The position numbers and the translations under genes were made by a program. A stretch of 63,442 nucleotides of DNA, filler included, from Octopus bimaculoides (lineage: Eukaryota), in NCBI RefSeq assembly GCF_001194135.2. It is 6 parts of 6 records of this genome, joined end to end, with 100 filler letters (N's around TTAATTAATTAA, not from the genome) between each part and the next. Parts side by side here need not be neighbours in the genome. Positions count along the whole stretch, not along the records: positions 15,091 to 43,560 come from NC_068997.1; 5 more parts are not named here. One strand, written 5' to 3'. The notes under the pieces are model-generated. The model made no database searches. It was not told where the DNA came from and saw nothing but the letters and a program-made list of their open reading frames with translations. Of this stretch, positions 24,301 to 35,811 are shown piece after piece (positions within the stretch are counted from its first letter, which is position 1; every line of letters begins with the position of its first letter).

Positions 24301-24756
24301 CTGGGATATGCCAATACACACAGATAGAGAAATTAAGGCCAATAGACCAGATATAGTTGTCAAAGACCATGAAGAAAAAAAATGCTTTCTAATTGATGTA
24401 TCAATACCAGCAGATGACAACGTTTCCCTAAAAGAAATGGAAAAACTTTCAAAATACAAAGACCTGGAAATAGAGGTAACTCGAATGTGGAATCTAAAAA
24501 CAGAAACAATTCCTATCATAGTAGGTGCCTTAGGTATAATAAAAAAAATATTCAGACAAATACATAACAAAAACACCAGGACTTACAAATATATATAACA
24601 TACAGAAAATTGCACTACTGGGCACTGCACACATCCTACGCAAAACACTTTCAATACAGTAAACATAAGAGCACCACAGCAAACCACAGCACATACCCAA
24701 AGCACACAGAGCTGCGCTCGGTGGTGTGGTGAAAGCACGTTATAAAAATAAGACTA

Positions 24757-24760
<4 letters not shown>
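24299..24760 (+). mobile_element. 5'-truncated Dong/R4-clade non-LTR retrotransposon (RLE domain plus 3' UTR) within a (TAA)n tract, in the last msrA intron
   Basis: LWDMPIHTDREIKANRPDIVVKDHEEKKCFLIDVSIP...KEMEKLSKYKDLEIEVTRMW...IPIIVGALG, one frameshift in an A-run, then IQKIALLGTAHILRKTLSIQ*. (TAA)n flanks both ends (24250-24298 and 24760-24792). Confidence 0.85.
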
Positions 24761-24794
<34 letters not shown>

Positions 24795-25392
24795 GCCTAT
24801 TTTCAACAATTGCATTCGTTCTCCTGAATTGCTCCTTCCCTCATCACTTTCTCTTGTCTGTTTGTCCAAAACATTCTCATTGTCTGCATAAGTGTAAATA
24901 TCAATGATTTCTTCAACTGCAAAAAGTTTAGGCCTTGCTCATTTACAAGATGAAGTGCTGGGTTCATCAGGTACTCATTTCATTGCAAAATTGTCTTCTT
25001 TAAAAAAAAAAAAAAGATTAAAAACAAAAACAAACAACAACTATGGAGAACACCTTTAGCAATGAGTCATAAACACGCATGACTAAAAAGTTGGAAAGAG
25101 ACTAATTGCCAGTTTTTAGTATTTTACCATCTGTTTCTGTGTGAGTTGTTCATTATCTTTTTGCTGGGAACCCAATAAAGGTTTCGTTTATGCTATTCTT
25201 GTATACCAGGAACATAGGGTTAAAGTATACCAGAAACATGATAGGGTTAAAGTTAATTATCTCTGGTCTTTTCTGATCTATTTGATATATGCTCTCTCTG
25301 GTCTATATTTATCCTTCAAAGTTCCTACTTCACACTATCACCATATAATGTTAAACATATTAACATTTAATTATCTCTTCGTCTTCTCTGGT

Positions 25393-25541
25393 TTACATTT
25401 ATCATTCCGGCTACCTACCCTCACATTAACTCTTAATTACATTTATCATTCAGGCTACCTACCCTCACATTAACTCTTAATTACATTTATCATTCAGGCT
25501 ACCTACCCTCACATTAACTCTTAATTACATTTATCATTCAG
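25393..25541. repeat. 44-bp tandem repeat, 3.4 copies, nearly identical
   Basis: ttacatttatcattc(c/a)ggctacctaccctcacattaactcttaa starting at 25393, 25437, 25481 and 25525. Confidence 0.95.
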
Positions 25542-26138
25542 AGAAATATTGAAGAGAGGTAACTCTGGGCCAACTTAAAACTGCAACTTATCTGCATAGT
25601 TTTATACTCTAATGGATTCCCAGATGCAGTGTTTTTAGCTTTAGCACAACTCATTCAATGTTGTTGACTGTATTTAAGTTAAAGTTACAGCATGATGCTT
25701 TCGAGTTTATGTTCGTACAACTTTTTTTGCTCTGTCAAGTCCATACTTGTTGCAAAGTGTCCAATGGACAATCCATGCTATATTGTCATGACGTCTCCTC
25801 CTCCTCCTCTTCTTCTTCTGCTCCTCCTCCTCCTCCTCCTCCTCTTCTTCTTCTGCTCCTCCTCCTCCTTCTTCTTTCTATTTTGTTTCCATTTCTTGCC
25901 AAGTGTTTTCCCGACACCTAGGGCAAAGAAACTCACTGTATACTTTAGTAGGCCATTAAAATAAAGACACCAGATTGTTCACTTGCAAAGTCATGTGACA
26001 AGAATAAAAAAAACGAGGAAGAGAGACAGAGAGAAAAAGCAAAAACATTCCCGTTAAGACAATCTTTTGCACATCCTGCACAGATTATTTTTATTATTAT
26101 TATTATTATCATTATTATTTTTGTTATCATTATTACAG

Positions 26139-26438
26139 ATATTCTGGGAGAGTCACAACCCAACCCAAGGAATGCGACAAGGAAATGACATTGGTACAAC
26201 ATATCGGTCAGCCATCTATTGCTACGGTGAGCAGCAGCTGAAGGAAGCACAAGAAACAAAGGAAAAGTATGAGGTAGCGCTAAAAAAAAAAGGCTTCCCA
26301 GCTATAACTACTGAAATATGTCCAGCAATGAAGTTTTACTATGCCGAAGATTACCACCAGCAATACCTGCACAAAAACCCCTCAGGTTATTGTGGCCTGG
26401 GGGGTACAGGTGTCTCTTGTCCCCGAGAAGAACTGTGA
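26139..26438 (+). CDS. msrA: MsrA terminal exon [27 protein letters not shown]...[34 protein letters not shown]
   Basis: Acceptor tattacag| at 26138; phase 0, 99 codons plus TGA. Has GND-x-G-x-x-YRS, [12 protein letters not shown] and both resolving cysteines (GYCG, VSCP). Confidence 0.97.
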   Translation: MFWESHNPTQGMRQGNDIGTTYRSAIYCYGEQQLKEAQETKEKYEVALKKKGFPAITTEICPAMKFYYAEDYHQQYLHKNPSGYCGLGGTGVSCPREEL

Positions 26439-26785
26439 AACCACTAATGATAGCTGAGATGTTCTTTTAAAGGTTGTAATCTGGAAGATATTGTGAGCTC
26501 ATACTTTCGCACATGTACACACTAGTGTTAACATGCTATCTCTAAGGTAGCGTGTTTTACATTGGTTTGATATCATTGTATCTTATATTGCTATGATGTA
26601 TATACATAAGTATATGTATGGCATGCATATGAAAAGAAGACTGGCAAGAAATGCAACATGGCAACATGAAGGAAGCTCAAAAGTCAACAGTGGAAAACAT
26701 AAAATAGACATATCCGATGAATTGCCATCATGTTGAAAGAATGTGCATTTATAAAGCAATGAAAAATAACTAGCGAAATATTGGT

Positions 26786-26833
26786 AATAAATTTTATATA
26801 TACACACATACACTTTGATTGATTTTCAATAAA
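26786..26833 (+). promoter_or_regulatory. Candidate msrA polyadenylation signals (AATAAA at 26786 and 26828)
   Basis: First canonical hexamers I found after the stop codon, about 350-390 nt downstream. AT-rich DNA makes chance hits likely. Confidence 0.35.
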
Positions 26834-28083
26834 GTTAGTTTTCTTTACCAAACATAATATCATTGTGAATACTGTTATCCTATCTACATTTATGTGTAAT
26901 GGAAAATTGAGCCCATCTCTTTTGGTGCAAACCGTATGAAAGGAGTGCATTGTTTGTTTATATATAACATTCAGTTATATAATTAGATATTGTTACATGC
27001 AAAATGAAAGTGAAGCAAAGCAAGCTGAAATGTAGATATTTAATAGCAATATAATCTTAGTATTGTGAAGGTACATGGCTTAGTGGTTAGGGCATTCGAC
27101 TCATAATCACAAGGTCATGAGTTCAATTCCCAGTGACACGTTGTGTCCTTGAGCAAGACATTTTATTTCACATTACTCTAGTCTGCTCAGCTGCCAAAAA
27201 TGAGTAGTATCTGTATTTCAAAGGACCGACCTAGTCACTTGTCTCTGGAGTCATTTTCATAGCAATTTTCAATGGCAAGATAACTGAAGAGATGGTGGTG
27301 TGAGTTTCCACCCCGGCATCCGAAACTCATTGATAGGACGTTGGTGTTGCCTTGGCGGAGGTTTGTGCTCTCCGAATGCTCTTGTTTAAATTATGTTTGT
27401 TTTACTGACATTTTGTCTAATGTAACTTAATACTTGAGAGATAAAATATATACAAGAGTCATTAGCAAAGATTAATGAACGATCATGTATGAAGTAATTT
27501 CCGTCAGAGAACAAGGATTAAAAAATTTTGGGTGATTCTGTATGAGTTGCCGCTGCATATCTTATTGCCATCAAGTACGATAGTATGATAAGGGCTTCGC
27601 TTTTCCCTCTCACTAAGCAGTAAAAAATATTAGTAATTTAAAGTATGTCTGTTTTATTGACTGATTGTCTTATGTAACTTAATACTTGAGAGATAAAATA
27701 TATATGAGAGTGATTCTGAAAGATATTGAAAGGATATGTATGAGATAATTTCTGCCAGAGATTTAGTATTTATCAATTTTTGAATATTTCCCTATAAATT
27801 GCCGGTATATTTAGCATCCTCTCAACTTTGATAAAATTAAATTTCCAGTGAGATTATATATTTTTCAGGGTAATGTAGATTACATTCAATGTGTCCTTAT
27901 CAAGCCCAAAGCAGTAGCGTGAGATCTGAGCGGGCTTTGGCTGCTATCTTTAGGCACATGAAAAACCATCAACATTANNNNNNNNNNAAAAAACAAAAAA
28001 ACAACAAAGTGAGGACGTGATAGTGTGTGTGTGTGTATGTGGGTGGGTGTGTGCATTTGATATATATATATATTTATATATGT

Positions 28084-28376
28084 GGAGGTGCAATGGCCCA
28101 GTGGTTAGGGCAATGGACTCGCGGTCGGAGGATCGCGGTTTTGATTCCCAGACCAGGTATTGTGTGTGTTTATTGAGCGAAAGCACCTAAAATTCCATGA
28201 GGCTCCGGCAGGGGGTGGTGGCGACCCCTGTTGTACTCTTTCGTCCGAACTTTCTCTCACTCTTTCTTCCTGTTTCTTGAGTAATGCTGCGATGGACTGG
28301 CGTCCCGTCCAGTTGAGGGGAAGACATATGCCATAGAAACCGGGCCCATGAGCCTGGCTAGGTTTTAAAAAGGGCG
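28084..28376 (+). mobile_element. tRNA-derived SINE, head/body X + tail P
   Basis: ggaggtgcaatggcccagtggttaggg...ttgattcccagacc, then tgagtaatgctgcgatggactgg...gagcctggctaggttttaaaaagggcg. Confidence 0.8.
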
Positions 28377-28439
28377 AATATATATATATATATATACACA
28401 CATCTGATAGATTCTCTTGTGAACGACAAATAATGGTTT

Positions 28440-28745
28440 AGTAAAATAAAGCGGCCTTCAGTTTCCTTGTATGTCTCCATTGTCCTGTTTTTGTTCCCAG
28501 CTTTGACCCTCCATAAATCCCAAATTTTATTTTGGTACTTAAGGGAGCAACTGTCTTCGAAGACTCATATTGTCGTTGAATGCTCGAAATGAGGAGTAGA
28601 TAGACAGCCGACAACTGATGAAGGGTCGTTCTTTATGTTACTTGTCCTATTTTCCATTTGTTTTTCTCGTTGTTTGCGTACTCAACTCATTTGTTTTCGT
28701 ATTTCATGCTGTTTACGGTTTGTGACGTCCTGTACCCATATATGC
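28440..28745 (+). repeat. Interspersed repeat family F; other copies at 15135-15410 (-) and 58620-58735 (+, partial)
   Basis: Shared gcaactgtctt.gaagactcatatt...ctgatgaaggg.cgttctttatgttacttgt...tgacgtcctgtaccca. Confidence 0.65.
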
Positions 28746-28767
28746 GTATATATATATATATATATAC

Positions 28768-29060
28768 ATACTAGCAAACGACCCCCTCCCCCGTCCATTG
28801 GACGGTTTGTATAAGTGAAGAGAGTTAACTTGGACGGTGTAATGGAAGTTTTAATCATCTGATGGACAGGCCATAAGGATTACAAAAATAGCGATTCTCA
28901 CTTTGAAACTGACAATTTTGAAAATGTTTTTTAGATTGCGGAACGCCTCGCTCTCTCGTGTTTCCATGTTTAAAATTTCAGCGCGATCGGATGAACAATA
29001 CTCGAGTTATAAGCGCACAAAAAAACAGACAGACAGAACGGGATTATATATTAGATGAGC
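28768..29060 (+). mobile_element. Non-autonomous Helitron/Helentron-like element; related 3' segments at 29395-29585 and 30160-30268
   Basis: 5' actagc...ccgtccattggacgg hairpin; 3' aaatttcagcgcgatcggatgaac...cagacagacag...tatatattagat. A near-identical block recurs about 525 bp downstream. Confidence 0.45.
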
Positions 29061-30351
29061 CAATGAGGGAGACTTCTACATCGTATCCAGACCTGGTAGA
29101 AATAACAGCCAAATCTCCCTCAAATCACACCTTACTGTCTTATGTATGTATATATGTGTGTATTAACAGTTCTTGGGCTTTTGGCATTTGACGACTGTTG
29201 CTTTAAGTTAGATAATCGTATTGAGCACTCTACGTATTGAGAGAAGGGGACAGAGAGAGGACAGAAAAGAGACAGTATTGCGATGATTTTGGCTGACTGT
29301 CATCCTGTACTTTCCTTGTTGCTAGCGAAATGGTATGTGCCGGATGTCTGAGCAACTCATTGCTTCTAATGAACAGCATGACGGAAGAAATAGGACAAAA
29401 AGATTACAAAAATAGCGATTCTCACTTTGAAACGGACAATTTTGAAAATATGTATCCATGTTTAAAATTTCAGCGTGATCGTATGAACAATACACGAGTT
29501 ATAAACGCACCAACAGACAGACAGAACGGGATTTATATATTAGACAAGAATACAACGATCGCCCATGTCCAATTTATATAATAGATAACTTTAGTCAATG
29601 TAAAACATAATTAATTGCATAAATATTTTTCATTATTTTTCGCCACATTGATTTTAGTCTACAATTCCTATAAACTCAAACATGCATATGAGCTTGCTGG
29701 TATTCGAACCTCAGATCAAGCGGTTTCAACTTGTGCAGGCTAAGTGACTTAATAAGTACCCAAACATACATGTAACGTTGAAACAGAAATCGATTGACAC
29801 CCTTTGACGTGAAGCAGCTTGCATGCATTGCTAACTTCTCGCTGCATGTGAATCGATAAACCCTTCTGCGCTTTTACGCTCAGCTTTGCGTAAAATAGTC
29901 AAAAAGAAATTGAATCCTAATTTTTTCTTCCCTTTGTACTGAAATTTTTGAAAAGCGAACCCTCCTCTCAATATGTAAAAAAAATCGCTCTATTTCATAA
30001 AATTGGTTTGATGAAAATCGCCCAAACCACGGCTGAAAGGCAGGCGCAATCACCTTTGAATGGGGAATTCCATTAGAAAAAGTTTTAATATATTTTCTCG
30101 GTAACTATGGGGGCTAGAAAAAAATACAAATGGCAAGACAATGTATGGACCTGTCTCCACCTGTGTGCCATTTTTCACGCGAGTCTACCCAGCCGTTTGG
30201 CAAGAGAAGACAGAAAGAAAAAATACAAGAATACAACGATCACCCATGTCCAATTTATATAATAGATATGCATATATATATATATATATGAATATATATA
30301 TATATATGTGTGTGTGTGTATGTGTGTGCATTCTTTTCTTTTATTTTTTTA

Positions 30352-30750
30352 TTCTTTTACTTGTTCAGGCATTTGACCGCGGCCATGCTGGAGCATCGCC
30401 TTTAGTCGAACAAATCAATCCCAGGACTTATTCTTTGTAAGCCTACTACTTATTCTATCGGTCTCTTTTGCCGAACCGCTAAGTTACGGGGGACATGAAC
30501 ACACCAACATCGGTTGTCAAGGGATGGTGGGGAACAAACACAGACACACATACACATACATAAACATACACATAAACACACACACACAAACATACACACT
30601 CACATATATACGACGGGCTTCTTTCAGTTTCCGTCTACAAAATCCACTCACAAGGCTTTGGTCGGCCCAAGGCTATAGTAGTAGATACTTGCCCAAGGTT
30701 CCACGCAGTAGGACTGAAACCGGAACCTTGTGGTTGGTAAGTAAGCTACT
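30352..30750 (-). mobile_element. SINE family AB, full-length
   Basis: Same two-module structure as 19385-19770. Confidence 0.85.
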
Positions 30751-32264
30751 TTATGTGTATGTATGTATGTATGTATGTATGTTGGTGTGTGTGTCTATAT
30801 ATTTGTAGGACTGCCACCGCTAACTTCACCATTACAAGCATCATAATGGCAAATACCTTTGCTNNNNNNNNNNNNNNNNNNNNNNNNNNNNNNNNNNNNN
30901 NNNNNNNNNNNNNNNNNNNNNNNNNNNNNNNNNNNNNNNNNNNNNNNNNNNNNNNNNNNNNNNNNNNNNNNNNNNNNNNNNNNNNNNNNNNNNNNNNNNN
31001 NNNNNNNNNNNNNNNNNNNNNNNNNNNNNNNNNNNNNNNNNNNNNNNNNNNNNNNNNNNNNNNNNNNNNNNNNNNNNNNNNNNNNNNNNNNNNNNNNNNN
31101 NNNNNNNNNNNNNNNNNNNNNNNNNNNNNNNNNNNNNNNNNNNNNNNNNNNNNNNNNNNNNNNNNNNNNNNNNNNNNNNNNNNNNNNNNNNNNNNNNNNN
31201 NNNNNNNNNNNNNNNNNNNNNNNNNNNNNNNNNNNNNNNNNNNNNNNNNNNNNNNNNNNNNNNNNNNNNNNNNNNNNNNNNNNNNNNNNNNNNNNNNNNN
31301 NNNNNNNNNNNNNNNNNNNNNNNNNNNNNNNNNNNNNNNNNNNNNNNNNNNNNNNNNNNNNNNNNNNNNNNNNNNNNNNNNNNNNNNNNNNNNNNNNNNN
31401 NNNNNNNNNNNNNNNNNNNNNNNNNNNNNNNNNNNNNNNNNNNNNNNNNNNNNNNNNNNNNNNNNNNNNNNNNNNNNNNNNNNNNNNNNNNNNNNNNNNN
31501 NNNNNNNNNNNNNNNNNNNNNNNNNNNNNNNNNNNNNNNNNNNNNNNNNNNNNNNNNNNNNNNNNNNNNNNNNNNNNNNNNNNNNNNNNTCACATATATA
31601 CGACGGGCTTCTTTCAGTTTCCGTCTACAAAATCCACTCACAAGGGTTTGGTCGGCCCGAGGCTATAGTAGAAGACACTTGCCCAAGGTGCCACGCAGTG
31701 GGACTGAACACGGGACCATGTGGTTGGTAAGAAAGCTACTTACCACACAGCCACTACTACGCCTATATGTCAACAAGTCTTCTCTATTTCGTTTTTTTTT
31801 TCCTTCTCATGTATAGTTTGAAGTTTCTCTGAGTCATCTTGTCTCGCCACTTGTTTAAATCTGCTTATCTAGCTCCGCTTTGCATGTGGTGCTATCGTAT
31901 CAGCTCAAAGTGCAGCAAAGATAACCAATAAAAAGAATATGACAATACGACGGCAAAAATCTTAGGCTCCTTTATGAATTATGAATGCTTGATTAAACGG
32001 AAAAGACGGTTGCTTTTCGTGTTCGTCATGGGTTTCTTCCCCTACTTTTCTTTCTCTCTCTCTTTTTATTAACAATTTTGACCAATCGCGATCTAGATTT
32101 GAGACTAAACATATATTCCAAATATGAATTAGAGGCAGCTCGTGGAATATAACAATAATCGAACACGCATACACAATGTATGTGTGCTGTTAGTTCGTGG
32201 GTCGGCTGCGGTTTTTAGGTATAAGAGAATATATTTTCTATCCAAGGCGGCGAACTGGCAGAGA

Positions 32265-32460
32265 AGTTAGCACACCTGGCGAAATACTTAGCGGTATTTC
32301 GTCTGTCTTTACGTTCTGAGTTCAAATTCTGCCGAGGTCAACTATGCCTTTCATCCTTTCAAGGTCGATAAATTAAGTACCAGTGGCGTACTGGGGTCTA
32401 TTTAATTGACTGGCCTCCTCCCCAAAAATTTTGTGCCTTACGCCTAGAGTAGAAAAGAAT
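32265..32460 (+). mobile_element. SINE family C
   Basis: ggcggcgaactggcagagaagttagc...gttctgagttcaaattctgccgagg. Confidence 0.75.
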
Positions 32461-32754
32461 ATTTTCTCTATGCGCTTGGTGTAAAAAAATACCTGAAAGT
32501 AAGTCATAGTCAAGCTCAACAACTCACATTAGGTCCCTTCTCTGAATGGCAGACACCGATGTTTCGTCATTGCTTTGACTTATCAATGCCGCATACCGAA
32601 CAAGCGTCAACTGGAGCGGACTACTCCTCCTATTTCCTCTCATCCGATGACCATCTGCGCCCCACTTCACCGATCTCCACCATCTACGCTACTTAATTTA
32701 TCTCTCTCCAGTTCTGAAGACAGTGGCGATTTCTTTCAGCGAAAGAGAATGAAG

Positions 32755-32802
<48 letters not shown>

Positions 32803-33247
32803 AAACCCTTGGTAATGTGTCATCTACTGACCACTTTTTCTTCATTTTTGATGGTTTCAACGCCAGAATTGGGTCAAATCGTATTGCATAGAACAAAATG
32901 ACAAGCAGTCAAGATGTTTGGAAAGAAAATGCAAATGATGCACATCTACTCATCTGTGCTTCATGTCACATCATTATCACTAAGACACTGTTTCAACGGA
33001 AATGACACACACCTTAGAGCCACTTGTGTTTTATGACACCTTGCCATCACCAACAGGTTAGTTCAACAGAAACACAAGTGCAAAAACAACCTGCCAACAT
33101 GCACGCGGTAAATATAGGACACCAACTTGATTATATGATTGTTGATAGGAAATCGATGAAACTGACTCGTGCCTTCTGTGCCCCACTCCTTGGATCAAGT
33201 AATAAATTACTGTGGTTGTAACCGTATTATTAACACTCGACAAAAGC

Positions 33248-33314
33248 AAGTTCTAATTACTTAAGTTTCTAATTACTTAAGTTTCTAATTACTTAAGTTC
33301 TAATTACTTAAGTT
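33248..33314. repeat. ~17-bp tandem repeat (ttctaattacttaagt) x4
   Basis: Directly visible in the sequence. Confidence 0.9.
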
Positions 33315-33319
33315 GAAAC

Positions 33320-33610
33320 TCAGTTCCGAGCTAAATCTACAAAAAACTTTAAAAACACTACTGTCAAACTTCAACTTCAGACCAAACTGGGTATAACACT
33401 TGAAAAACTCCAAGATACGAATAATCCCTCAGTTGCTAGTGACTTCTGGTTCCTATTGAGAAATGCAAATAATCAACGCGTCTCACAAATCCTGGGATTT
33501 AGTAAGCATAAACATCCAGATTACTCTGATGAGAATAATTCCCTCTCTTCCAACATACTTAATGAGCTACATTTACTTCAAAAGTCATGGATGGAGGGAA
33601 GGCAAAGCTG
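33320..33610 (+). mobile_element. RTE-like LINE ORF fragment (endonuclease-RT linker region)
   Basis: Frame reads ...QILGFSKHKHPDYSDENNSLSSNILNELHLLQKSW, resembling the RTE linker motif LG....HQDWFDEN..I..LL. Confidence 0.5.
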
Positions 33611-34012
33611 AAGCAGACCTGGAAAAGAAAGGGCATGTCATTATGAGGATGCGAATGGTCACAAAAGGATGTACACACAAACATCACATATATACATTAC
33701 ATGCATACACACGCACTTACATACATACATACATACATACATACACGCATACATACGTACTATTACGTCTCAAGCTACTGCTATCTAGCACCTTCGGATG
33801 ATCTCTACTCAACCGCTACACAACTGCAACTCAACACACCTACCACGGCCAGACTACATCTATTTATATGTCTTGGAACCCTCGACGTCGTAAGCGACGG
33901 AGTGCCAACAACAACATGAGGCAACAAAGTCGGGGTCGTATATATTTGTAGTAATGCCTTTTTATTTGTACGATTTTTTTCTTTCATGTTTATTTCATTC
34001 ATTGTTTGCAAT

Positions 34013-34048
<36 letters not shown>

Positions 34049-34223
34049 ATGAGCTGCTGAACTGAAATCTCTGTATTGCTTTGAAGGGAAGGTACTACGT
34101 GACAAACTTCTTTTCCCCTCTGTTGGACTACTGTGATGTTTGTTTAAAAAAGAGAGATTACAACTGTGATAAAATAATGAAAGCAATATTTACTAACCAA
34201 ATGATCACTATTATGCAAAGAAA

Positions 34224-34633
34224 TTGTTGTTGTTGGCACTCCGTCGCTTACGACATCGAGGGTTCCGGTTGATCCGATCAACGGAACAGCCTGCTCGTAA
34301 AATTAANNNNNNNNNNCGATCAACGGAACAGCCTGCTCGTAAAATTAACGTGCAAGTGGCTGAGCACTCCACAGACACGTGCACCATTAACGTAGTTCTT
34401 GGGGGATATTCAGCGTGACAAGGCTGAACCTTTGAATTACAGGCACAACAGAAACAGGAAGTAAGAGTGAGAGAAAGTTGTGGTGAAAGAGTACAGCAGA
34501 GTTCACCACCATCCCCTCATGGAGCTTTAAGTGTTTTCGCTCAATAAACACTCACAACGCCCGGTCTGGGAATCGAAACCGCAATCCTGTGACTGTGAGT
34601 CCGCTGCCCTAACCACATGGCCATTGCGCCTCC
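34224..34633 (-). mobile_element. tRNA-derived SINE, head/body X + tail Q
   Basis: Head at the right end; tail ...cgtaagcgacggagtgccaacaac. Contains a small gap-associated duplication. Confidence 0.8.
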
Positions 34634-34888
34634 GGATAGAAATAATTGTTAGAAATTGGAATTAAATGTGAAAATATCATCAAGTGGCTAACAGAATACC
34701 GTCCACAGCGCGGTCTTTCTAATCGTTTGGTTACGGCTTAGATTTACAGATCGTTTATCAGTCATTGACCTGCGGTTACACATTCTGTGTGTCATGTTTG
34801 CGCTTCAGATTAATGGATAAAGTTTATATTGACTATTTTTAATGTCACCAAACAAAGGAGGTTGTTACGGACGACGAGATGATAGAAT

Positions 34889-35628
34889 GGATCTAGTTCA
34901 AAACGGGGGGCACCAGTTTTCATTTATGTATTATGTAGTGTTTTTGGTACCGAAAGACTTTCAAACTTCGTATACTTATCTATTTTGTGTTATAGAACAG
35001 AAAAAAATTTTTGTATTCGAAGTTATTTCATGTAAAAAATTGTCTTATTTCGATAATTTCAACCAATCACTGACAAGTATTCAGCTGTTTATAGTTACTC
35101 CTTTGGCGGTTTAAGTGGTGTAAAGCGTATTTAATCTCCAAGGGTTAGGGTTAGGGTTAATCCTAGAAATAGCAGCCAAATATTCCTCAAATCACGGTAC
35201 ATAAAAAATTAGCGAAAAGTTGTTGAACAGAAAATAAGTACAAACACAGATACGCACAGCGTATATAATTGACTTGCTCCTTCCCTAAAAAACCAGGCCT
35301 TGTGCCTATAATAGAAAGGTTTATTAGCTACTGCCAATATGCTTCAGCCATTTTTTGACAAGGAAATAATAATTTTATCATCGCCAGAATTGTTTGAGAA
35401 TCGTTTGTTTACGTAGTCAGCACTTACTGTATTCGGCTGAATGGACGTCAGTCATTGGTTGAAATTACAGAAATACGACAACTTTAACATGAAATAAGTT
35501 GCAATCTAATAATTTTTCTTAAGAAGACTAAGAGAAAAAGATGTTTTATATGACACATTCTACCAGTGTCCCAAGTTTCAAAGTGTTTCGTTAAGAAAAT
35601 ACTGGCGCTCCTGTTTTGAACTAGATCC
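34889..35628. mobile_element. 740-bp non-autonomous DNA transposon with GGATC termini and a perfect 8-bp TSD
   Basis: TSD gatagaat at 34881-34888 and 35629-35636. Termini ggatctagttcaaaac and gttttgaactagatcc, with diverged inverted subterminal blocks of about 200 bp. Confidence 0.85.
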
Positions 35629-35740
35629 GATAGAATCTTTAGAATGTTGTAAAAGTGCTTCGTGGTGGTATTCGATCGACACTCAACACTTTTGCCGTTC
35701 GCCTAGCGCGGGAGAGCCTGTAAAACATTAGGACACACAC

Positions 35741-35775
<35 letters not shown>

Positions 35776-35811
35776 TGTATGTATGTACATATATATATGT
35801 ACACGCACACA

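Noticed and set aside
26067-26138. Signal-peptide-like poly-Leu ([18 protein letters not shown]) in frame with the last msrA exon, which would pair neatly with REEL
   Set aside because: It is the intronic (TTA)n repeat. The ORF starts at TTG with an in-frame TAA at 26055 and no ATG, and the product would lack the catalytic Cys.
28585-28630. Permuted GAAA...CTGATGAAGG in family F (also near 15245 and 58635) as a type II hammerhead
   Set aside because: I could not build stems I and III with a valid cleavage triplet in any copy.
33248-33314. Short tandem repeats (also 25393-25541) as CRISPR-like arrays
   Set aside because: Head-to-tail repeats without spacers, no cas genes, and eukaryotic context.
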